A DNA stretch of 64,000 bases, from positions 12,586,001 to 12,650,000 of the forward strand of contig CM059453.1 in assembly GCA_030390025.1 (NCBI GenBank), read 5' to 3'. This DNA comes from Squalus acanthias (Eukaryota). Below the pieces are notes generated by a model. The model made no database searches and was not told where the DNA came from. It was given only the letters and a program-made list of their open reading frames with translations. Each line of letters begins with the position of its first letter. The first letter of the stretch is position 1. Of the stretch, positions 62,501 to 64,000 are shown in pieces. The position numbers were made by a program, and so were the translations under genes.

Positions 62501-63538
62501 TGGAAGAGTACAAGAAAACTCCAGATGGACAAGGTTAGGACATTATGTAGAGTGCTGGGGTAGAAATTCGACTTGGCTGGGGCGGTAAACGAGCATTTAT
62601 CACATTGGCAGATCTTGCTGCTGAAGTCAATCAAAGTGAATATCATGCGGGTCAAATTACAGGAGGCCTATACGGTAAGGCCAGTTTTACACTAAAGCCC
62701 AACATCTGATTCCTATACTGGTCCTTCTCACTATTAAGGAGGAGTTAAATTTCTCTTCACGTTACAGTGGGTTGAAAACCTAGGCGAGAAATTGGACATG
62801 GGAGGTCTTGGCATATTCGCAGAATCTCCCTTTGCTCCCGTTTTCAGACACGCCCTATATTCAGATCTTCGAAGTGAATGGAACTGATAACGGCGAGTTG
62901 CACATAACGGGTAACTGATGCTTAGGGCCCGTTATGCGTGACCGGCCATTTCCAATTTCACACCTCAATCCCTGACGGGCAATCTGTTAAAGGAGCTTCA
63001 GCAGCAACCAACTGGTTTATCGTAAATGTTAGTTGCTTTCCTGTGAAGCAATATTGGCTGGAAAAATTACTTTTCCCAAGAAAAACTGACACAATGCAAT
63101 ATTTAGAAAACCAGCAGATGAATTCTACCTGTTTTTCCAGGGACAATATTTATCCCTCAAACTACATCACTAAAAAACAACATCTTTTCTGGTCATTTAT
63201 TTCATTTTATGTTGTGGGAGATAGCTGTGTGTAAATTGGCTGCCGCAATCCCAACGTTACAACTGTGAATACGCTTCAAATATAAGTCACTGGCTGTGAC
63301 TCGTCTTCGGGCGTCTGGAGTTGGTGAAAGGCACGATAGAAATGTCAGTTATTTCATTCTTGAAACGGCCACTGCACAATTGAAACTGACAAGGAATTCA
63401 CAAAGTTTCGGAAATCTGTATAAACTTGGGGGTGTTGGGCTGAAATGTAACGAATTTCTATTGAAGTGGATGGGATATAATGTTTTGTGTTGTGTATTCC
63501 AGTACTCGCTGAATGTAAAGAATTAGTGAAGAATGCAG
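391..63538 (+). CDS. Internal portion of an unidentified multi-microexon gene: 62 phase 1-1 exons of 27/36 nt encoding about 684-690 aa of repeated coiled-coil/hinge sequence
   Basis: Islands conserved across diverged repeat copies are bounded by pyrimidine-rich tract + AG and GT. Lengths are multiples of 3, exon order is fixed, there are no stops and many differences are synonymous. No start or stop codon in the window. Confidence 0.88.
888..923 (+). CDS. microexon 2, class A'' (DQGATKEALKDL)
   Basis: attccag|36 nt|gtaaaa. Confidence 0.85.
1060..1530 (+). mobile_element. Old degraded L2-type LINE 3' fragment (paralog at about 14440-14860)
   Basis: ttattacctccagattaggctattccaatgctgtcc resembles the L2 ORF2 'TSRLDYSNAL' region, followed by HITP/LHWLP-like remnants; frameshifted. 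Confidence 0.6.
1556..2060 (+). mobile_element. 5'-truncated CR1-type LINE (ORF2 C-terminus + 3' UTR)
   Basis: ORF 1555-1968 ([45 protein letters not shown]) and tail cctactcctgctcctatcttctatgtttctatg; absent from the paralogous site near 15515. Confidence 0.92.
2598..2624 (+). CDS. microexon 3, class B (EEKLKATED)
   Basis: attacag|27 nt|gtaaat. Confidence 0.85.
2678..2915 (-). mobile_element. Penelope-like element 3' terminal fragment with hammerhead-like motif
   Basis: Same sequence as the element at 24029-24433. The minus strand has CACCTGACGAAGGAGCAGCGCTCCGAAAG. Absent from paralogous introns. Confidence 0.7.
2925..3222 (-). mobile_element. Penelope-like element fragment (GIY-YIG endonuclease C-terminus + 3' UTR)
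   Basis: ORF 3059-3286(-) contains LRVRVLQGGLRDTRQRKIVEKKLIAKFCTHEGGLNR, typical of the PLE GIY-YIG C-terminal E..I...GLN motif. Confidence 0.8.
3310..3660 (+). repeat. Degenerate (GAT)n tract; paralogs at about 7260-7622, 12990-13345, 16215-16562, 19920-20203, 25055-25425, 30020-30376, 35635-35965, 38085-38680, 45005-45340, 50155-50510, 54385-54720, 59822-60155
   Basis: GAT/GGT/GCT/AAT triplet runs, always in introns that precede class C/C' exons. Confidence 0.9.
3669..4297 (+). mobile_element. Penelope-like element 3' fragment (GIY-YIG + 3' UTR)
   Basis: ORF 3674-3907 DRFAEHLRSVRK..PVACHFNS..EEQHLNFRLGTLQPSGLNIEF; same family as 16698-17351. Confidence 0.88.
4318..4507 (+). mobile_element. 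Short CR1-type LINE 3' end
   Basis: Matches the end of 1556-2060 and ends in (ctatgttt)n; starts with a duplicated gagttagatatatttctt. Confidence 0.85.
4510..4820 (+). mobile_element. Old degraded CR1 3' fragment duplicated with the array (also about 8550-8810, 17365-17625, 20215-20620, 26700-27000, 30390-30800, 46700-47000, 50520-50930, 56255-56560, 61690-62000)
   Basis: Translation FCSQRVVDIWNAxPERVV..AFKRELDNYLK resembles the CR1 ORF2 C-terminus; found in most B-to-C introns. Confidence 0.7.
5319..5354 (+). CDS. microexon 4, class C (ELEEYKKTQDGQ)
   Basis: ttcgcag|36 nt|gttagg. Confidence 0.85.
6060..6095 (+). CDS. microexon 5, class A (ALAECKELVKNA)
   Basis: attccag|36 nt|gttaga. Confidence 0.85.
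7045..7071 (+). CDS. microexon 6, class B (EDKLKATED)
   Basis: tttacag|27 nt|gtaagt. Confidence 0.88.
7785..8547. mobile_element. Non-autonomous DNA transposon (MITE), PIF/Harbinger-like
   Basis: TIRs ggccctgaaattcg ... cgaatttctgggcc, flanked by aat/att (3-bp TSD-like). Paralogous empty sites read tataatgtgatt. Confidence 0.75.
9486..9521 (+). CDS. microexon 7, class C (ELEEYKETPDGQ)
   Basis: atcgcag|36 nt|gttaga. Confidence 0.83.
10480..10515 (+). CDS. microexon 8, class A (VLAACKELLKNT)
   Basis: cttccag|36 nt|gtaagg. Confidence 0.88.
11604..12047 (-). mobile_element. Solo LTR
   Basis: Begins TGTT and ends AACA, with a 5-bp TSD ATGTG (11599-11603 / 12048-12052). AATAAA on the minus strand. 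Absent from paralogous introns. Confidence 0.8.
12325..12351 (+). CDS. microexon 9, class B (EEKLKATKE)
   Basis: tttacag|27 nt|gtaatt. Confidence 0.85.
12557..12592 (+). CDS. microexon 10, class A' (ELAACKETLKDA)
   Basis: attgcag|36 nt|gtaaga. Confidence 0.88.
12651..12880. other. Assembly gap (230 N)
   Basis: Run of N at the GAAA microsatellite position. Confidence 0.99.
13773..13799 (+). CDS. microexon 11, class C' variant, probably shortened to 27 nt (GLDDTTKTP)
   Basis: Acceptor gttgcag. A 1-nt deletion makes the usual gttagc donor give 35 nt but creates CCAG|gtgagg at 27 nt. Confidence 0.6.
14270..14305 (+). CDS. microexon 12, class A'' (EQGATKEALKDL)
   Basis: attccag|36 nt|gtaaca. 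Confidence 0.83.
14864..15447 (-). mobile_element. 5'-truncated CR1-type LINE
   Basis: ORFs 15199-15450(-) ([20 protein letters not shown]) and 14911-15195(-); inserted at cctcaa|aacacacc relative to unit 1. Confidence 0.92.
16060..16086 (+). CDS. microexon 13, class B (EEKLKATED)
   Basis: attacag|27 nt|gtaaat. Confidence 0.85.
16698..17351 (-). mobile_element. Penelope-like element 3' fragment with intact hammerhead motif
   Basis: Reverse-complement homolog of 3669-4297, flanked by the 13-bp direct repeat aacacagctttaa (16685-16697 / 17352-17364). Confidence 0.85.
16795..16831 (-). ncRNA. Minimal type I hammerhead ribozyme motif in PLE 3' UTR
   Basis: Minus strand AGTT-CTGACGA-A-AGGTC-TTC-GACCT-GAAA-CG-TT-AACT: core boxes, stem II, palindromic AACGTT and stem I AGTT/AACT. 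Confidence 0.7.
18146..18181 (+). CDS. microexon 14, class C (ELEEYKKTPDGQ)
   Basis: ttcgcag|36 nt|gttcgg (weak donor). Confidence 0.8.
18915..18950 (+). CDS. microexon 15, class A (ALAECKELVKNA)
   Basis: attccag|36 nt|gttaga. Confidence 0.85.
19834..19860 (+). CDS. microexon 16, class B (EDKLKATED)
   Basis: tttacag|27 nt|gtaagt. Confidence 0.88.
21290..21325 (+). CDS. microexon 17, class C (ELEEYKKTPDGQ)
   Basis: attgtag|36 nt|gttagg. Confidence 0.83.
22293..22328 (+). CDS. microexon 18, class A (VLAACKELLKNT)
   Basis: attccag|36 nt|gtaagg. Confidence 0.88.
23569..23595 (+). CDS. microexon 19, class B (EDKLKTTEE)
   Basis: tttacag|27 nt|gtaatt. Confidence 0.85.
24029..24473 (+). mobile_element. 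Penelope-like element terminal fragment with an inverted copy of its own end
   Basis: 161-bp inverted arms at 24029-24189 and 24273-24433; same family as 2678-2915. Confidence 0.75.
24075..24111 (-). ncRNA. Minimal type I hammerhead ribozyme motif
   Basis: Minus strand TCAC-CTGACGA-A-GGAGC-AGC-GCTCC-GAAA-GC-TT-GTGA; palindromic AAGCTT and stem I TCAC/GTGA. Confidence 0.7.
24745..24780 (+). CDS. microexon 20, class A' (ELAACKETLKDA)
   Basis: attgcag|36 nt|gtaaga. Confidence 0.88.
24873..25010. other. Assembly gap (138 N)
   Basis: Run of N at the GAAA microsatellite position. Confidence 0.99.
25896..25931 (+). CDS. microexon 21, class C' (GLDDSTKTPGGG)
   Basis: gttgcag|36 nt|gttagc; no internal GT in this copy. 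Confidence 0.83.
26257..26292 (+). CDS. microexon 22, class A'' (EQGASKGALKDL)
   Basis: attctag|36 nt|gtaaaa. Confidence 0.83.
26502..26528 (+). CDS. microexon 23, class B (EEKLKATED)
   Basis: cttacag|27 nt|gtaatt. Confidence 0.85.
27316..27351 (+). CDS. microexon 24, class C (ELEEYKKTPDGQ)
   Basis: ttcgcag|36 nt|gttcgg. Confidence 0.8.
27636..28243 (-). mobile_element. 5'-truncated CR1-type LINE
   Basis: C-terminal part of ORF 27735-28526(-) ([31 protein letters not shown]); (ataagaac)n tail; ccata on both sides. Confidence 0.92.
28924..28959 (+). CDS. microexon 25, class A (VLADCKELVKNA)
   Basis: attccag|36 nt|gttaga. Confidence 0.85.
29807..29833 (+). CDS. microexon 26, class B (EDKLKATED)
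   Basis: tttacag|27 nt|gtaagt. Confidence 0.88.
31488..31523 (+). CDS. microexon 27, class C (ELEEYKKTPDGQ)
   Basis: atcgtag|36 nt|gttcgg. Confidence 0.8.
32489..32524 (+). CDS. microexon 28, class A (VLAACKELLKNT)
   Basis: attccag|36 nt|gtaaga. Confidence 0.88.
33916..33942 (+). CDS. microexon 29, class B (EDKLKATEE)
   Basis: tttacag|27 nt|gtaatt. Confidence 0.85.
34088..35170 (+). mobile_element. DeuSINE (paralog of 23740-24610), interrupted by a MITE
   Basis: Aligns with 23740-24610 on both sides of the 34239-34925 insertion. Confidence 0.65.
34239..34925. mobile_element. Harbinger-like MITE related to 7785-8547, left tip deleted
   Basis: Inverted ends gatattccgatc ... gatcggaatatccggccc; shares the internal ctgggatcacgtgggccatgg and an AT-rich centre with 7785-8547. 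Confidence 0.7.
35302..35337 (+). CDS. microexon 30, class A' (DLAACKETLKDA)
   Basis: attgcag|36 nt|gtgaga. Confidence 0.85.
35410..35581 (+). repeat. (GAAA)n-type purine microsatellite; paralogs at about 12881-12932, 44660-44953, 54160-54330, 59600-59770
   Basis: gaaagaaa/gcaagaaa runs just downstream of class A' exons. Confidence 0.9.
36689..36724 (+). CDS. microexon 31, class C' with lost canonical donor (GLDETTKTP[GGG]); skipped, or ends at 36715
   Basis: Acceptor gttgcag intact. The usual gttagc donor reads tttcgc. An in-frame alternative, CCAG|gtggag, lies at 27 nt. Confidence 0.5.
37165..37200 (+). CDS. microexon 32, class A'' (EPGASKAALKDL)
   Basis: attccag|36 nt|gtaaga. Confidence 0.85.
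37869..37895 (+). CDS. microexon 33, class B (EEKLKATED)
   Basis: tttccag|27 nt|gtaatt. Confidence 0.85.
38216..38632 (-). mobile_element. Solo LTR, same family as 11604-12047
   Basis: TGTTGG...CCAACA ends with a 5-bp TSD ATCAT (38211-38215 / 38633-38637); inserted in a GAT tract. Confidence 0.82.
39002..39037 (+). CDS. microexon 34, class C (ELEEYKKTPDGQ)
   Basis: ttcgtag|36 nt|gttagg. Confidence 0.83.
40013..40048 (+). CDS. microexon 35, class A (VLAECKELVKNA)
   Basis: attccag|36 nt|gttaga. Confidence 0.85.
40751..41223 (-). mobile_element. 5'-truncated CR1-type LINE
   Basis: ORF 40921-41277(-) ([28 protein letters not shown]); same subfamily and tail as 27636-28243. Confidence 0.92.
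41889..41915 (+). CDS. microexon 36, class B (EDKLKATED)
   Basis: tttacag|27 nt|gtaagt. Confidence 0.88.
42127..42162 (+). CDS. microexon 37, class C (ELEEYKQTPDGQ)
   Basis: attgtag|36 nt|gttagg. Confidence 0.83.
43122..43157 (+). CDS. microexon 38, class A (VLAACKEILKNT)
   Basis: aatccag|36 nt|gtaagg. Confidence 0.86.
44268..44294 (+). CDS. microexon 39, class B (EDKLKATEE)
   Basis: tttacag|27 nt|gtaatt. Confidence 0.85.
44551..44586 (+). CDS. microexon 40, class A' (ELAACKETLKDA)
   Basis: attgcag|36 nt|gtaagg. Confidence 0.88.
44734..44871. other. Assembly gap (138 N)
   Basis: Run of N within the GAAA microsatellite. Confidence 0.99.
45889..45924 (+). CDS. microexon 41, class C' (GLDDSTKTPGGG)
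   Basis: gtttcag|36 nt|gttagc. Confidence 0.83.
46254..46289 (+). CDS. microexon 42, class A'' (EQGAAKGALKDL)
   Basis: attctag|36 nt|gtaaaa. Confidence 0.83.
46500..46526 (+). CDS. microexon 43, class B (EEKLKATED)
   Basis: cttacag|27 nt|gtaatt. Confidence 0.85.
47504..47539 (+). CDS. microexon 44, class C (ELEEYKKTPDGQ)
   Basis: ttcgcag|36 nt|gttagg. Confidence 0.85.
48508..48543 (+). CDS. microexon 45, class A (VLADCKELVKNA)
   Basis: attccag|36 nt|gttaga. Confidence 0.85.
49929..49955 (+). CDS. microexon 46, class B (EDKLKATED)
   Basis: tttacag|27 nt|gtaagg. Confidence 0.88.
51618..51653 (+). CDS. microexon 47, class C (ELEEYKKTPDGQ)
   Basis: attgtag|36 nt|gttagg. Confidence 0.83.
52615..52650 (+). 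CDS. microexon 48, class A (VLAACKEILKNT)
   Basis: attccag|36 nt|gtaagg. Confidence 0.88.
53763..53789 (+). CDS. microexon 49, class B (EDKLKATEE)
   Basis: tttgcag|27 nt|gtaatt. Confidence 0.85.
54046..54081 (+). CDS. microexon 50, class A' (ELAACKETLKDA)
   Basis: attgcag|36 nt|gtaaga. Confidence 0.88.
55449..55484 (+). CDS. microexon 51, class C' (GLDDSTKTPGGG)
   Basis: gttgcag|36 nt|gttagc; last exonic base is A, which weakens the donor. Confidence 0.7.
55812..55847 (+). CDS. microexon 52, class A'' ([E/K]QGASKGALKDL)
   Basis: attccag|36 nt|gtaaaa. Confidence 0.85.
56059..56085 (+). CDS. microexon 53, class B (EEKLKATED)
   Basis: cttacag|27 nt|gtaatt. Confidence 0.85.
57061..57096 (+). 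CDS. microexon 54, class C (ELEEYKKTPDGQ)
   Basis: ttcgcag|36 nt|gttagg. Confidence 0.85.
58057..58092 (+). CDS. microexon 55, class A (VLAACKEILKNT)
   Basis: attccag|36 nt|gtaagg. Confidence 0.85.
59204..59230 (+). CDS. microexon 56, class B (EDKLKATEE)
   Basis: tttgcag|27 nt|gtaatt. Confidence 0.85.
59487..59522 (+). CDS. microexon 57, class A' (ELAACKETLKDA)
   Basis: attgcag|36 nt|gtaaga. Confidence 0.86.
60886..60921 (+). CDS. microexon 58, class C' (GLDDSTKTPGGG)
   Basis: gttgcag|36 nt|gttagc. Confidence 0.8.
61249..61284 (+). CDS. microexon 59, class A'' (EQGASKGALKDL)
   Basis: attccag|36 nt|gtaaaa. Confidence 0.85.
61496..61522 (+). CDS. microexon 60, class B (EEKLKATED)
   Basis: cttacag|27 nt|gtaatt. 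Confidence 0.85.
62498..62533 (+). CDS. microexon 61, class C (ELEEYKKTPDGQ)
   Basis: ttcgcag|36 nt|gttagg. Confidence 0.85.
63503..63538 (+). CDS. microexon 62, class A (VLAECKELVKNA)
   Basis: attccag|36 nt|gttaga. Confidence 0.85.
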
Positions 63539-64000
63539 GTTAGAAACGGGATTTCTATCTGTACAGAATATTGGAAAGTTATAGGACATAACAGAATAAA
63601 TTAATTACAGGACTCAGAAATAAGCAATCTTTCAGAAGCTGTTAAAAAAGTTAGCTTTCCTTTCTCATTTAACATGATCTCCTGTCTCTAAAAATCTAAT
63701 TCTGCCCTTAACCATAATCACACAATTTCCCTTTCATAATCCCATCATGTGCTCGTTGAACTATATTGGCTCTGGTTCGGACGTAGCACTTATCTTATAT
63801 TTGTCATCCTTTGGGGACAACATTTTCAATGTCCTCTCAATCCCCATATCGCTGTAACATTCGCTAACTGGACAAATATCCGAGATTTTGCTATCATCCA
63901 ATTACATCCTCCAATACTTCGTGTGCATGCCCTATTTTTAGCCCTCCAACATTGAAATCTGTGCCTTCCGCCGCTTTTTCCCGAAGCTCTTGCATACACT

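Larger units (their letters stand above)
52446..63342 (+). repeat. Recent near-identical 5.44-kb tandem duplication (52446-57887 / 57888-63342)
   Basis: Exons 48-54 recur as 55-61 at offsets of 5437-5442 with nearly identical introns. The junction lies in the shared tgaaaggcacgatagaaa. Confidence 0.9.
1..64000 (+). repeat. Intragenic tandem segmental duplication array: 10-exon higher-order unit made of about 3 older sub-units
   Basis: The class C' exon recurs at 391, 13773, 25896, 36689, 45889, 55449 and 60886 (spacings 13382, 12123, 10793, 9200, 9560, 5437), and the flanking introns align. Confidence 0.95.

Noticed and set aside
391-63538. Reading the conserved 27-36 nt islands as a CRISPR-like array or recombination signals
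   Set aside because: Spacing is 0.2-2.7 kb, the context is vertebrate, conservation is bounded by AG/GT and variation follows codon positions. I saw no heptamer-spacer-nonamer RSS at the islands.
391-63538. Naming the gene as butyrophilin/BG, perilipin-4, apolipoprotein, triadin or SCPP
   Set aside because: Only architectural analogies. No diagnostic domain lies in the window, the periodicity is heptad rather than 11-mer, and SCPP exons are phase 0.

Overview
Eukaryotic DNA, very likely from a cartilaginous fish (shark-type CR1 LINE tails, DeuSINE/SacSINE1-like SINEs, Penelope-like elements). None of the ORFs in the supplied track is a real host gene. The whole window is the interior of one + strand gene built from 62 microexons of 36 or 27 nt. 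All are AG-flanked and phase 1-1 and none has an in-frame stop; two copies have an altered donor. They fall into three classes: A (xLAxCKExLKxx and variants), B (E[DE]KLKATE[DE]) and C (ELEEYKKTPDGQ or GLDDxTKTPGGG). A 10-exon, 111-aa higher-order unit repeats about every 9-13 kb, plus one recent 5.44-kb partial duplication. Spliced together they give about 684-690 aa of short leucine-heptad coiled-coil segments separated by TPDG/TPGGG hinges. The start and end of the gene lie outside the window, so the gene cannot be named. The introns hold (GAT)n and (GAAA)n low-complexity tracts, three assembly gaps, CR1/L2 fragments, Penelope-like elements with minimal hammerhead-ribozyme motifs, two Harbinger-like MITEs, two solo LTRs and DeuSINE copies. 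Coordinates were read by hand.
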